A stretch of DNA of 64,000 bases from Octopus sinensis (Eukaryota). The translations under genes were made by a program, and so were the position numbers. Shown here in pieces: positions 11,611 through 27,040 of the stretch. Below the pieces are notes generated by a model. That model ran no database searches, was not told the DNA's origin, and saw nothing but the letters and a program-made list of their open reading frames with translations. The stretch is from positions 13,950,001 through 14,014,000 of the forward strand of contig NC_042998.1 in assembly GCF_006345805.1 (NCBI RefSeq). The letters are read 5' to 3'. How positions within the stretch are numbered: position 1 is the first letter of the stretch; the number at the start of each line of letters is the position of its first letter.

Positions 11611-11806
11611 TGTATGTATATATATATGATGTATATATATATACACGCGTTTCACTTTAGAAAAAGGGAGATGAAATAATACGAATATAATGTTACTGAC
11701 TAAACTAATCGATCTAGAACAGTAAATCAACTTCCATGTAATTTCAATTCACAAGAGTGAAACGCCAAATTAAATATAAGAACGATTTCTTTACTGAGTT
11801 CTCTCA

Positions 11807-11837
<31 letters not shown>

Positions 11838-12789
11838 TCACTCTCTCTATATATATTTGGGCATATGTGTGTCCGTGTGTCGGTCTATCTCTGTTTGTGT
11901 GTATGTGTGCGTTCTTGTGTGCGTTTCTTTGTCTCACTAACGCTAACTCAATTTCTTCATGTTGTTTTCTTGTAATATACACATAGGAGTATATAAGCAT
12001 ATGTATTTGTGTATATATATATCTATGAATGTGTGTGTGTGTGTGTGTGTTTGTGTGTGTTAGCATGTGCGTATCTCTAAGTATATATGTCTGTAAGTTA
12101 ATGTGTGTGTATAGGTATCTGTGGCTCTGGTCATCATTATTTGTCACTCTCTTAGTCAGGTTGATCGTTCGGAAGTGTAGGTTAAAGGTACCAGTGTTTG
12201 TGGAATTTCCAACTACTTAAGCTATGATTAAATAAGAAAATAGATTTCTTGATCCAACAAATGGAATATTTATCGCAGAAACCGATGAACAGAAAAGGAA
12301 ATATAATCGTGAAAGTAAAATTTCACCACGCATTTTCTACGCACTTACACAACCCAACCAAACACATCTGTTGCGAGGATAAGAAAAAATTGCGCTCCGC
12401 TGAAAGATATTCAGCACTCAGGTTTAAGAAATTCTCGTTTTCATTTTTATCTCTTTTTCTAATTATTTTGACATTTAATCACTGTGTCTCATCTCTAACT
12501 AAATTAAGGCATTTCTGAAAGGAAGTGGATCGGACAGTTTTCTGTCGTTGTTGTAAAAAATTGTTTTTGTCCACAAATATTAGCTGTATTTAGCACATTC
12601 TCGGTGGAGAGCTATGCTTCGCTGACAGTCTGAATCAACTAATTTAAAACTGACAATTCCAGTCTGACTTGTAATACTGTAATTTTGAGATACTGAATCC
12701 AAGATAAAGTGATTTTGGTGATCTATATAAGATGTTGAAGAAATAAAATTATTAAACTGATAATAATAATAAAAATAATAATACTGATT

Positions 12790-13315
12790 GGAAGTGTTAT
12801 CATGTACATTGTTTTGTCTTGGTATAAAAGATGGGCTACAGCAAATATTCTGCTCAATACCACAGATTTGCTTGTCAGTTGTTTGACTTAAACCAGTTGA
12901 GCATGTCCTTTAGTGGCTGACGATATGTGCATCTCTGATCACGAGCAGAAGTAGTGGGGAAGCATCATAGCCATGTGTTGAGAGGGATTCTTTGGGGTTT
13001 GAATAATTCACCTCTAGAAACATGGGTGGTTCTTTCAACATCCTTAAACAACCCTTATTCAGGGAACTTTTGAGCGGGATGGGCTACTCAACCAGAAGAA
13101 AATTTTAACTGGGCCCCACATGCAAGGTCATGTGCTGTTTATCTTGATATGAGATCACTATGTCGCGCACATATGGTTGTGATGCATGTGCCTGGTGTAC
13201 CCTTATCAGACGGGTAGTCATGATGGGTATATTGGGCTTCGTATATTTTACCCCAGTGTCACTTTGATGGCATGAACTGCTCTCTCACTCAATAATAATA
13301 ATAATAATAATAATA
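12790..13315 (+). mobile_element. Interspersed retroposon 3' region with (AAT)n tail
   Basis: Ends CTCTCTCACTC(AAT)n and is preceded by an AAT tract; a second copy of its 3' end lies on the minus strand at 63916-64000. Confidence 0.65.
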
Positions 13316-13320
13316 AGGAT

Positions 13321-13570
13321 AAATGTGCTCTTTTAAAACCTAGCCAGGCTCATGGGCTCGGTTTCCCGGTTTCAATTGCGTATGTGTTTCCCAGCTAGAT
13401 GGGACGCCAGTCCATCGCAGCAATACTCACATTTGCCAGCTGAGTGGAGTGGAGCAACGTGAAATGAAGTGTTTTGCTCAAGAACACAACACGTCGCCAG
13501 TTCCAGGAATTGAAACCACAACCTCACGATCATGATGCCGACACCCTAACCACTAAGCCACGCGCCCCCA
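13321..13570 (-). mobile_element. tRNA-derived SINE (head H1, tail T1)
   Basis: Homologous to 400-621; minus strand starts GGGGGCGCGTGGCTTAGTGGTTAGGG. Confidence 0.8.
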
Positions 13571-14259
13571 CATTAAACTAATAGGGCTTTGAATAAAAGA
13601 TATGAAACATAAACATTGATAGAGAAAAAAAAATGTGTGTGATTCATTATAACGTACAATTAATGCCCATTCCCCGGTGGGGGAGCTCTGGGGCTGTTTG
13701 TGTATGCTGTTAAACCCGCGGACGGCATTGACTGAGAATGCTTAATGGCATTCATGCCTAGTGTTCCTATGTGTTTTGGACATTGTCCAATGGAATTTTC
13801 ATGTAAAGAGATGTGATATCAGAAATCTTACTTGGTATTTCTGAAAAGTTGAGATATTTGGCTGCGTAGACATAATTTCGTTCAATTGTGAGACGGGAGA
13901 TTTATATACATGTGTGTATGTTACCATGCAATGACATGTTCACTGGTAACTCTCAGAATTAATGTAGAGAAAATAAGCGCAGTTGTTATAGCGTCTTCTT
14001 GCTTTCGTATTACAATTCGATAACGAAGAATTTAAGTCGATTTACTAAGATCATCACATATACTACAACACTATATATTTTAAGGTAATGCTATCTGTGT
14101 TGTTTCCATCGCATGAATCTATTAGATCATAAAAAGATACATACAGTTTTTAATATATAATGTGTCTCTCACCAGATGGAATATTTTTGCTGATCTGGTT
14201 CAGAACTCTCTCTCTTTGTCTCTGTTTATATATATATATAATATATCTATATCTATCTA

Positions 14260-14301
<42 letters not shown>

Positions 14302-14652
14302 TAGAGATATAGATATAGATATATAGATATATATATGTGTGTGTGTGCGGGTGTATATAGATATATGTATGTATGTATGTATGTATGTAAGTATGTATGT
14401 ATGTATCTATGCATCTGTGTATATAAATACGCACACAAAAACACACACACAATACACATAAACCATAAAATGTCAGGAGTTATTGCAAGGGAATATATTT
14501 ATATAAACAGTTGATATCCGTAGTATTACGGCGGTTTCGCGATTAGATTTCAGCTGCATAGAACTCAGCATTATACTCCTCCGTGCTGGATTACTATTTG
14601 TTATGATATCCGAATTCTTCAAGAGGAGATTTTTATGAAAGCTACAAATGTT

Positions 14653-14707
<55 letters not shown>

Positions 14708-15651
14708 TAATAAATAAAACATATGCATATATACATACATATATGTACATACCTACCTCTACATGTATATATACATGCATATATATATGGGTACAGGACA
14801 CCAAAGAAACGTCGAACACAATGAGAAACGAAAACATAAACACAAAACCAAGGAACTGGACATTTTTCTTAAACAACAATAAGATAGAGTACAGGACAAA
14901 TAACACAAGGAAAATTCCCCTTCTTCAGTTGCCATGGTTTCATCTACTCTGCGTTTCGAAGGTGAAGGTGATACGCATCTTCGATAGAAACTTTTCTTCC
15001 CACGAAAAGCAAATTAATAAAATTTGAGATCTTTTTGCGGAGGGGTAAAAATGGTAACAAAAACAGGACAGTAACGACAGTACAAAATATAAACTGTAAA
15101 GACAGGACAAGGAGAATAACAAGACAAGAAGGGCTGTTAAGCCGAATGAGATAAAGTGTTACGAACGCTGGTAAGCGAAAGGACGTGGTTGGATGTATGA
15201 AAGATAAAAAAGAGTGAAAAAACTAAAGAAGGTTTGTGTTATATGGTTAAAGAATATAGTTAAATCGTTATGTTAGAAAAATGTTATAGAATTTTGCGTA
15301 TAGTAACATTGTTTTTGGAGAAATAACCAGTTTCGTATTTTCTTTTCAATTTTCTTTACCTATATCGTGTCATGTCTTCGCTATGTTGTGAAATATGGAG
15401 CTCGAGGTTGGGGAAGTTAATCAGGGATTTTTTCTGGTATAAGGGGGATAATCAAACATGTTGGGAATGACTAGGCTTGAGTAATTTAACATGATTTGGT
15501 TTAGAAGGAATAGAATGTTACAAGTGGTTATATTTTTTTTCAATGAGGTGAGTTTTCTTATTTAAAAATGTTAGAAATGGTTAAGTTTTGGTTTATATTT
15601 TTCAATGAAGAAGGTTTCCTTATTTAATCTAACTCATGGCATATTCATATA

Positions 15652-16122
15652 TTGGTTCATCCCATAAATAATGCGGCTTTTTATACTCCTATTATTCTCC
15701 AGAATTAAGACAAAAAAGTTAATTTTTAATCCAAAATATACTCTTTCTACAATGCTCTTTCATCTATGTAGACTTGCAAGCCTCCTCTTCCGAAATCCGC
15801 TTATCCGTGACGAAAAATACTCCTCCAGTACTGTTCTCACCTTGTTTACAGAATTCATATTTTTCCCATCCAAATTATTTTAATGACTGCGTAATAAGTG
15901 ATAATCAGATGGGGCAATGTCCGGCGAATATGATGGGTCGGGCATCGTTTCCCATTCAAATTGCTCCAGCCTTTGCAATATCAACCTCTATGTATGTGGC
16001 CGAGCATTATTCTGTTGGAAGAACACATTTCGTCTTGAAACCATAGATGACTGTTTTTCTTCTGCTGCTGACTTAAGCCCTTCAAGGTGATCACACTAGA
16101 TTTCATTTGTTATCGTTTCTTC
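15652..16122 (-). mobile_element. Decayed mariner transposon, 3' half with one TIR
   Basis: Minus-strand translation includes VFFQQNNARPHT, FEWETMPDPSYSPDIAPSDYHL and NNLDGKNMNS (mariner DNARPH and YSPDLAPxD motifs) with stops; TA followed by a TIR-like TTGGTTCATCCCATAAATAATGCGG at 15650. Confidence 0.85.
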
Positions 16123-18362
16123 CAGCTTTCGTCTCTTTCATTAATCATAAACATGTGTGTGAGTGCCTGACGAGCTATCGCAGGGGTTCTTCTTATGAAA
16201 TTTCATTCATATGCTAGCATTTACCCAAGCCATATATTAAAAGACACTTTCACAACGTGGTTCGAAGTCTCATCGGGCTCAGCTAAGTTTAGGTATTAGA
16301 AAAATTTGATTGGAGTTCTTTAATTTTTTTTCTATTAATCTAGTACTTTCTAAATCTCTCTCCGCAGAATAAATTGAGGGTAAAATAACTACTAGTTTCC
16401 TTGCCAAGGACGTATTTGAGTTAATGATGTATTTTCTAAAATACTAATTTTCTAATCAACCACTATTCTGTACACTGTTTTATGTTTACTCTGTGAATTT
16501 CTAATCCATACTTCCGCAATTAGATCTCAGTCTATGTTTTAGTGATTAAGCCTAAATATGTCCAGAGATGTCACCGGAAAATATTTTTAGATCATGATAT
16601 AGCTTAGTCATTCTTAGATTACTACTATTTTGTCCTCGCTGTATAGGTATAAGATTTGTACTGCAACATTAAGTTCGCACTTATTTTTCATGAAATGTCG
16701 ACTCTCAATTTAGAATTATATATAGACTAAATCTCATTTTGAAGAAGTGTATGAAGTATATTTCCTTGTGATGGTAGAAGTCGTGTTTTTATGGTGCTTA
16801 TTCACCACCACTACTACTGTTTAGTTGATGCCGCCATTGTGAATTTAGGAAAAAATGTTTTTTACACATAATTACCGTTTCTTTCTTTGACTGGACACCA
16901 TAAACCGTAGCATTGTCTATATATCTGTTGCTGCCGTTTAGAATTTATGATTTCATTGCCTCTTTAGCTATTCCTACAGGTAACATTCCTGTTATTTTTA
17001 CAAACTCGTCCGTAATAAAATGACAAAATTCTTATTATTACTGTTATCAAAGTCAATATTACTGTCATTACCATAGGAATTTGTGCAGCTATTACAAGTA
17101 CACATCACAGCCATAAAATGCAGAACTTTTGCTTCCGTTACATGCCTCTCACGTCCGGAAAACTGCTTTTTATGTCTGACTGTTTGAACTTATAACTTTC
17201 TATCAAAAGAAATATTTTTCACAAAATTACTTTATTTGCTGCTCAAGGGATTCCATACGTTTTTAAACGAGAATGTGGAACTATTCGTATGCACATTTTC
17301 TTTTAATAGCGAATGGCTCTCACAAATAGAATTCATATACACTAAAATTAATAGTAGTGACTATACATTGGTTTAAGACCACAGAGCTTTACTGAGTGGA
17401 TATGATCGTCTGTAAACTTCGGAATATGAGCTGTAAGAGCTGTAACGTATTTATTTAATGCAGTGAGATGTAGTCTGAATATAGACATTTTTACAGAAAC
17501 AGGGAAACGGGGAAACATAGAACATGCAGATTCGAAACTTCTTCCACAGAATTATATTCTGAAGATTTTGGTAACTCATCACTAAATAAAGAACAATCCA
17601 AGAAATTGTACTCGAATGTTTTTTAGTAGAACAATTCAGGGCGTCGAGCTGACTCCTTTTACGCGCGTTTTATAAGATTCACAGAAGCCGATATCATTTG
17701 TTTCCAGGAATACATGTTAATTCATGAAGTACACAAAGAACATGTAGAGATAAGAGTCTTTTGAGGATAAACGGATTTGATATGTATTTAATATGCATAT
17801 ACTTAAGCGTGTCACGCGACACATTTTTCGCTCACTCTATGTTGATATATTCAAGGTAAATATTCAGGATTACATTGGTGTTGAGAGACACGTCAAAATG
17901 ATGCTGCTTGAATTATTTTCATTTCTTCAAATAGCTATCACAATATAACGCAAGCCTAGCATCGCCTCATATCGATTCACCTATGTACGTATGCCAATAT
18001 ATGTTGAGATAATTCGGAGATGTTTAATTTCCCGATGAATGAAAATTTAACGCTAAAATAAATTAAAACAAGATTATGCATGTTTGGGAATATATTCTAT
18101 CTTCCTTATAATGAAGAATACAGAAAAAATACGAAAGATACTGTCATATTCATTTAAATTTAACGTAACCTAAATACATAAATGTATTGTTCATGTTGTA
18201 AAAGTGAAGAAGGCAGAATTGTTAGCACGCTGGGGAAAAGGCTAAGCGGCATTTTCGGGATCGATGAAATTGTACAAGTTAAAGACTGGGGCCAATGTAA
18301 TCGACTTAGCTCTCTTCCGAAAACGCTGGCAGAATTGTTACTATGCCGGACAAAATGCTTAG

Positions 18363-18935
18363 TGAGCTGGCAGAAACGTTAGCATGCCGAGCGAAATGCG
18401 TAGCCGTATTTCGTGTGCCGTTACGTTCTGAGTTCAAATTCCGCCGAGGTCGACTTTGCCTTTCATCCATTCGGGGGTTGATAAATTAAGTACCAGTTAC
18501 GCACTGGGGTCGATATAATCGATTTATTCCGTCTGTCTGTCCTTGTTTGTCTCCTCTGTGTTTAGCCCCTTGTGGGTAGAAAATCAATAGGTCTTTCGTC
18601 TGCTGCTACGCTCTGAGTTCGAATTCCGCCGAGGTCGACTTTGCTTTTCATCCATTCGGGGTTGATAAATTAAGTACCAGTTACGCACTGGGGTCGATAT
18701 AATAGATTTAATCCGTCTGTCTGTCTTTGTTTGTCTCCTCTGTGTTTAGCCCCTTGTAGGTAGTAAATAAATAGGTATTTAGTCCGTCATTATGATCTGA
18801 GTTCAAATGCCACCGAGGTCGACATTTCGCCCAGAATTGAATCGATAAAATAAGTACCAACTCAGTACTGGGATCCATGTAATCGATTTAGCCCTGTCAG
18901 GAAATTGCTGGCCTTGTGCCAAAATTTGAAACCAA
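18363..18935 (+). mobile_element. Tandem multimer of SINE family A
   Basis: One unit with a full head followed by two head-truncated units starting at about 18590 and 18775. Confidence 0.85.
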
Positions 18936-19672
18936 TACAGTAAAAGCAAAACAGATTGATCTCCTGGAGGATTACAGCATAGAAAAACATGCCTCACGAA
19001 ATTTAGTTACAAACATTTATCCTCTCAAACCGAATATTGTTGAGTTTATATCAGCAGTTCTTCCATACAGGATCGCTGAAATAAGGTGTCAGTAAAGCCG
19101 GTGATATTATTCTGCAAAATCAATATCGAAATCAATAATAATAATGATTGTTTAGCGTAATAGAATGCAAAGTCTTCAGATCGTTGGTCAAAATACGATG
19201 CAGCAATCAGTTTATATTTCCTTATTTTCTAAATTCAATTCATGTTCGATAAAATTATTGTCAATCTTCAGGAGTTCCACGAAGTAAGAACGAGTGAATT
19301 ATCATGCTTCATTAAACAGTCCGTAACATCCGGCCGAACATATATAGGTTTTTGTTGTGTTTTTTTTTTACATTTTTTGGAAAAACTGATCATTATTCTA
19401 AAATTTGGCACTCGGATAGTAGAACTCACAGCGTGTCCACCATGTTATTTGATATACTTAATTCACTGATATGGTAGAGATTTCCATGCAGAAATACGGA
19501 TCGTATTAAACCTTTTATCCACTTCCTATCATATGCCTAAATTGATTGAGATCATTATATTCCTTCATGAAATCTGTGGTGCTTTGTCAATGACAAGAAT
19601 CCTAATCTTCATTTTCACTTACATCACTATAATTAAAATCATCTATATCTCATTTCAGACCCAAGAACCCAA

Positions 19673-19708
<36 letters not shown>

Positions 19709-22362
19709 CACACACACACACACACAGCACACACACACACAGCAATATATTTGTTAAATCAGTGTTGGTTCTATACGATCGGTTGAACTGCTACAAATAA
19801 CAACTGAAATTTTCACAAATTGTGAGGTGCCGCCTTTGAAAATAGCATCTTGTATTTGTAAATGACGGTTTCATTTACAGAGGTATAATACGTGAGAGTC
19901 ACGGCTGGAATGACTTTTCTCATAGATCTACTTAACAAGGGGCGACTCGGGTGTCCAGCTTTAAAAATATCCATTTGGCTTTGATTCTGTAAAAGGTAAA
20001 TAGCAATACGATGTCTCTGATTTAATCGAAATATCTTCCATAAGCCTCTTCGTTGCACACATCATTATGCCTACTGTGATCATCATCATCGCAGTGGTCA
20101 TTGTTGTTCACTTCGTTATCATATTCATCTAACCTTGTCACCGTTGCTCAGCTTTCATCGTTGTCATTTTCATCGTCAACCTTAATTGTAGCAGTAGTAG
20201 TGGTAGATATTTTTGTGGTTATTGTTGTTGCTGTAAGACCAGATAGTACATTTGCCGGTAGAAAACGTCATATCGAATGCTAAACTTATTTCCAATATTC
20301 TGTTCTGATTCTCTGGATCCCGAATCCAAATCATACTGACATATTTTGTTACATCTTGTTCTGGATTCGACAGAGTATATATATCAACCAACTAGGCCTA
20401 TTTGTTTCTTCTCTCTTCCAAAGTCTTTGAGTGACATTTCTTTTGCTTACTGTCGTATAAAATAACAAAGAATTGCATTTGTAACCTTAGAATATTAAAG
20501 ATCCACGAGGAAGCAATATATGGATATTGACCTCTATATATGACTGTGGTTATGACTTATACATGTAACTTTCGATTCTTCTGTATTTCAATTCCAAGAC
20601 GTATTGCATACCGATTTGTCATCTACGATCACAACATAACAGTTAATTTTTGTATGAGAAGACGTTCAGAAGCACTCGCTAATGGCTTCTCAGTTTTGAG
20701 AAGAAAGGACTAAACCTCATATTCTATCCGTGGTGCAAAATGAACGACTATGAGAGTGAACGAAACACAAAAGACGAGATCTTTGTATATAAATCGTTAT
20801 ATATTTCTCGAATTTCATATAGTGGAAGGCAAAATTGATCTGAGCACAACAATATTTGAACTTATAGCCTTGAAAACCGACTGAAATCTCTTCAGATACT
20901 GAGTCCGACATCTGAAGCCTCTGCTAATTAGCCGACTATATGTCTAACAGACAGATATGTAATTTTCAAAAGTATAAAATTCTAAACAAAAATTAACACA
21001 TAAAAGATCGTAAATGTAAAACTTACCTAACATAAAAGATAATAGAAAGAACAGGAAAACAACACTTTTAAAAAAGATCTAAAATAAAGAAAAATAAAAA
21101 ATAAAAAAGTAACTGCTTATTATAAATCAGTCGACAAAATATTCGAAATACGAAAAATGCCGAAACAAATTCAAAACTCATCACACAATATATGAATCAC
21201 TAAACTTAAACATTCATACTGAGAAAATAAATTTAAATAAACACAATACAAGCCAAAGCTAAGACAAACAGCCAAACAATCCTAACAACATTCATATACA
21301 AGTGCATAGATACTTACACAGGAAGATAGAAACACAGGAATATACACATACACGTATTCATGAATGTACACATACACGTATACATGCGTATGTATAATAC
21401 ATAAGAACACTTGCATACACAGGGAGACGTACACACACATTTATATATGGACATATATATGCGTGCGCTTTTATATATGTGCGCTTTTATATATGTATGT
21501 GTATGCATATATGTATGTATATATGTATGTATATGAATATATGCATGCATACACATAAACGCAGAGACATATAGAGATAAGAGATTGGAAACATAAAAGA
21601 AAACAGAGTCAAATTCGACAGTTAACATCTAATCAAACAACTTAGTTTTAACTTCTAGCTATACTGACATATGTCTCAGACAATTTTTGCTGCTTGAATG
21701 ATAAATGAGTTCTAACTACATGGAGGGCAGGAGGGAAATAAATAAAGAATGAACTGAAGAAATGAATAAAGAATGAAACTAAGAAACAAAGCAAAACAAG
21801 AATATAAAAAAAAAACATGAAATGAATAAATGATTGAATAAACGAATGAACGATGAATGTGCGGTAAAAGAAAAAATGTTGGGTGGGTATAAAAGTGTTA
21901 GTGATTGAGAATGAGGAAAGATGTAGGAAACAGAAAGACTGATAGACGAAGCACACGATATTAGGAAAGGTATGAATGACACAGTGTATGGAATGACACA
22001 GTGAGTAGAGATGAAAATAAACTCGTTGTAATAATAAGTAAGAGCTAAGATTGGAGGAAAATAGGGAAGTAGGCTGAGCGAGAGAGAGAGAAACGGGAAA
22101 ATTCAAAGTTACAGAGAGAAGAGAAGAAGAAATTAAAATAAATATTATGGTAATTTTAATTACAATGAGGCATAATATAATGTTCAAAGCGTATATGAGA
22201 TAAAAGAAAGGGAAAGCAAATAACCAATTTACACCTTAAATTTAAATGGTTTGGGGGTTAAAATCCCCCTCATCAAGAAAAGCCGGAAGAACCGTTGGAC
22301 TGGGACGAATTATTATGTACAGTGAAATAGAGATGCTTGACTGTGTATGAAATATGCAAGAA

Positions 22363-22560
<198 letters not shown>

Positions 22561-22648
22561 TTTATGTACGCATGTACGTATATATATGTGAATGTATACA
22601 CACATATACACATATATACACACATACCTGAATAAATTTATAGGTACA

Positions 22649-22690
<42 letters not shown>

Positions 22691-22949
22691 ATATGTATAT
22701 AACTATGAACATATATGAAATCGAAGACATATTACTACATGCATATATATATATGTACCGAAAAACAAAGTAAGAAACAGAGAGAGGTGGAGCTGATATA
22801 TGATTAATATTGTTTCACTCAGAGTTTCATCCGCAAAACTTAGGGAACCGATCAGGCAACTTTGAGAAGTAAATAAAGGACGTCGAATCGGAAAAAAACA
22901 TCGGGGTGAACAATCGCCTGTAATGCTGCAAAGAATTTAAACCCAGAAT

Positions 22950-22991
<42 letters not shown>

Positions 22992-23046
22992 TGAGAGAGG
23001 GAGGGAGGAGATGATCATAAGTTGAAAAATAATGATTTAAAATTTT

Positions 23047-23243
23047 AGCACAAGGCCAGCAATTTCGGGGGAGGAAGCAAGTGGATTACATCAGCACAGT
23101 GCTCAATTGATACTTGTTTAATCGACCCCGTAAAGGTGAAAAGCAAGGTCGACCACGGTGGTATTTGAACGCTGAGCGCGAAGACGGGCGAAGTGCTGCT
23201 AAGCATTTTGTCCGGTGTGCCAACTGTTCAGCAAGCTCACCGT
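23047..23243 (-). mobile_element. Older diverged SINE related to family A
   Basis: GCACAAGGCCAGCAATTTC tail, ATCGACCCC..AAGGTCGACC core and degenerate tRNA head; similar relics near 41195-41385 and 61790-62375. Confidence 0.6.
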
Positions 23244-23774
23244 ATAATTGAAAAATATTAAACGAGAAAAATACAATTACATAGATAAGAAGCAAGAATA
23301 GGAAACAATGTCATGGGGAAAAAGAACAAGAGTGTGATTACGGTAGATATAAAGAGGGTGAGTTGTTAAACAGAACAAAGTAGGGTAGGAATTCTATGAC
23401 ATGCAGTAAAAAGCTGAATTCATGTGTCAAGTGAAAGAGATTGGCTGAGAGAAGTAAAAACTATCTAATGACAGGGAAGGAAAATTATAGGAAAAGAGAC
23501 GAATGGAGGAATGCTTCGTATCTTGGAGTAAGATGCGTGAAAACGAGGGAACGGGTAATAAAGGAGATGAAAGGCTTGGGGTTCGAAGAAAGAGTTATAC
23601 GTGAAAGAAGCATAGGAAAGAAGCATAGGAAACTGATATAAAAGAGGCAACGAGATGACGCAGTGAAGTTCCAGTTAATTTATCCAGATGTATGTATGTA
23701 TATTTATGTGTTTATATATATATACATACACGCACAGAGATAAAAGCACCTTTAACTATACATACAAATACAAA

Positions 23775-23807
<33 letters not shown>

Positions 23808-24658
23808 ATCTAAACCTGTGCGTAAGGAAATGTGAATGTTGGTGTATATAAACTTCATGAGTGGTGACCGCAGGTGGGAAATTTATGATAAACAGACACT
23901 AATTTATAATTCATTGCAATACAACCAGTGTATGTTACATTCTGAGAGGACGTGGAACAACAATACGAAGAGGTATTACAGTAACAACAGTAGGAGAAAT
24001 AGGAGAAGGGATAAAAGAAGGCAGAGGAGGTATTTATTTAAGAAGAAATAATTTTGTTGGTGTTATTGAATGGGTCAAATGTTTTATCATTTAGTTTTTG
24101 TGCGGGAGTAAAAGAAAGAGGTTGAAACGCGAAGGAATTCCTGTCGGGCTTATCAGGAACACGAACAACAATGTCACAACACGCAAAATATTTACTACAA
24201 CCAAAGGGCCAACAAGGCAGTTACAACGTTGTTCCTCGGCATGCGAGTATTATCAATCGAATCTCCCTTAAATGATGCTCAACAGCCTTCAGCAAAGGGA
24301 AGAACGCATTGTATAAGGCATTCCTAAAGATCCTTAAAAGCCAGCTATGGTCACGGTTGAATGCCCTTGGACACTCATCGGTTAACGCAAGGTGTTTAAT
24401 GGTAGTTAAACGATAAGAAAAAAAATCAATAGCTAAAAGAACTACTACTACTACTACTAATACTACTATTACTGCTGCTGCTACTGCTACTGCTGCCACT
24501 ACTGCTGCTGCAGCTGCGGCTGCTACTGCTGTTAGCTGTGCGGCAAAATTTGCGTATGAGCACCAACATTAGAATTACGGAGTGCAAAAAACAGGTATAT
24601 AAATAATAAAACAATGGAAAGATCAAAACATGTTTGAACAAATGAGTAATATATATAC

Positions 24659-24724
<66 letters not shown>

Positions 24725-25011
24725 TATATATACACATACACACACACACACTTATACATATATACACGCGCGCGAAGGTGCTGAAATGTTTGTAGGTTTA
24801 TGTAAAAGAAAATAATTGAGGATCAGTTAAGTATGTTTTTATTCCACATACTCGACTCTCAGATTCACACGCTTGTAGGAGAAGTCCTTCAGTTTTTCTA
24901 AACCCAGCTGAAGAACTCGGAAGGTTAGGCCTTTCACGATACCCTTAGAACCAAGTAATTTTTAGCACCCTTTTGCATATGTGTCTGTATATATATATAT
25001 ATATATATATA

Positions 25012-25290
25012 CTCTCTTTTACTCTTTTACTCTTTTACTTGTTTCAGTCATTTGACTGCGGCCATGCTGGAGCACCGCCTTCAGTCGAGCAACTCGACAC
25101 CGGGACTTATTCTTTTTGTAAGCCCAGTACTTATTCTATCGGTCTCTTTTGCCGAACCGCTAAGTAACGGGGACATAAACACACCAGCATCGGTTGTCAA
25201 GGAATGCTAGGAGAACAAACACAGACACACAAACATACACACACATACATACATATATATATATACATATATACGACGGGCTTCTTTCAG
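25012..25290 (-). mobile_element. SINE family B, 5'-truncated
   Basis: Matches 53696-53972. Confidence 0.85.
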
Positions 25291-25366
25291 TATATATATA
25301 TATATATATACATGCAAGCTTATACATGTATGTATTAATATATGAATGCACGCATATGTGCGTGCG

Positions 25367-25412
<46 letters not shown>

Positions 25413-25659
25413 GCGTGCGTGTGTGTGTGTGTGTGAGCATGCGTCTGTGCGCGTATATTTTCTGTATACCACACTGCATTGCATATATTTTTCTTTCCGT
25501 GTGTATCAATCACTTCTATTAGTGTGTTCGTTTATTTATCTATTTATCCCTACCTCTGTATGTCTATATCTACGTATGGATGTATATGCATGTGTGCGTG
25601 TGTGTGTGTGTTTGTGTGTGTGTATACGCGTGTAGAAACAAATACAACAGTTGGATCAG

Positions 25660-26440
25660 AAAGCTTTTCTATGCACGACAACAAAAATAATGCAGCACCC
25701 GTTGCAGCTGGTAGCAGCAACGTGAAGCGCAGTGATAGTAGCAAAGAACAGCTGCACCATCAACACCGACAGCAGCAGCAGCGCCAACAGCAGGAAGCAG
25801 CAATAGCATAAACAACATCACAGGAACTCTAGAATAAACAGCAGTTGCAGCAACACGAAGAGTAGTTGCAACAATAACGGGTACACCAATACACGCAGCA
25901 ACAAAAACAGCAAGAATACTCTCAGCAGCTGCACCGACAGCAAGAACATCAATTTGCAAGAAGAGCAGTAGCAGCATCAGCGGCAGCAGCTTCCATGTGC
26001 AAAAGTAACTGCACAACTGCAGCAGCAAAAACGTTCATGGACAACAGCAAACTGCAGCAAAAGTATCTGAATGAACGGCAGCAACAGTACAGCAGCACCG
26101 ACAGCATTGAATAAACTGCTGCTGTTACAGCAGCACAAGTAGATCAGCCGCATTATCAGAACTAAGGAAGAAATCAACAACAACAGCAGCAGCAGCAGCA
26201 GTAACGTCAGCAAGTCAGCAGCAGTAGAAGTTGAATGAAAAGCAGCCACAATGGCCTCAACAGTAACATCATCTGAAATCACAGCTTTTTCAGCAGCTGT
26301 AAAATACGAAGAATTAGCAGTAAGAGCAGCAACAGCAGGAAGAATAACCAAGATTTTGAAGCAGAAACAGTAGCTACACCTGAGGCAGCAAAGTTTTAAA
26401 AAAAACAGAAAAGCAAAATAGTAATAACAATAAGTTTAGT
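25660..26440. repeat. Degenerate CAG/CAA-rich low-complexity tract
   Basis: Dense AGC/AAC triplets interrupted by stops; similar tracts at 27440-27920 and 28130-28760. Confidence 0.75.
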
Positions 26441-27040
26441 TACAGCTGTTGTAATGATTTCTAACAGAGGCACAAGACCAGACGTTTGGAGGAGGAGAGA
26501 AAACATGAATATTGAACCATTAATTTACTGGTATTTTCTTACGCGATAAACACTCGCCACTTACCCAAATGTGGAAGAATAAACTCGAAGCCGGCGGGGT
26601 TTGTTATTATAGAAAATAAATAAACAAATATATGAATAAATTACAGCTGTTGTAATGACTTCTAACAGAGGCACAAGACCAGACGTTTGGAGGAGGAGAG
26701 AAAACATGAATATTGAACCATTAATTTACTGGTATTTTCTTACGCGATAAACACTCGCCACTTACCCAAATGTGGAAGAATAAACTCGAAGCCGGCGGGG
26801 TTTGTTATTATAGAAAATAAATAAACAAATATATGAATAAATTACAGCTGTTGTAATGACTTCTAACAGAGGCACAAGACCAGACGTTTGGAGGAGGAGA
26901 GAAAGCACGAATATTGAACCATTAATTTACTGGTATTTTCTTACGCGATAAGCATTCACGTCTTACCCAAAGGTGGAAGAATAACTCGAAGCCGGCGATG
27001 TTTGTTATAGAAAATAAATAAATAAATAGATAGATAAATA
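26440..27040. repeat. 201-bp tandem repeat, about 3 copies
   Basis: TTACAGCTGTTGTAATGA recurs at about 26440, 26641 and 26842; followed by a second ~200-bp duplication (27040-27160 vs 27245-27365). Confidence 0.9.

Noticed and set aside
14520-14630. Minus-strand GAAACCGCCGTA resembling the 10-kb hammerhead 3' half
   Set aside because: No intact CUGANGA with a matching stem I upstream.
14788-15050. Possible hammerhead on the minus strand (GAAAC at about 14953-14957, CTGAAGA at about 14922-14928)
   Set aside because: The order would require a type II fold, and stem I cannot be paired convincingly. It may still be a pLTR-like repeat.
19020-19345. Possible second mariner relic (DRWSK-like motif, TIR-like end)
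   Set aside because: Too degraded to support without a profile search.
23400-23690. Possible CR1/L2 3' end on the minus strand
   Set aside because: Motifs could not be reconstructed reliably by eye.
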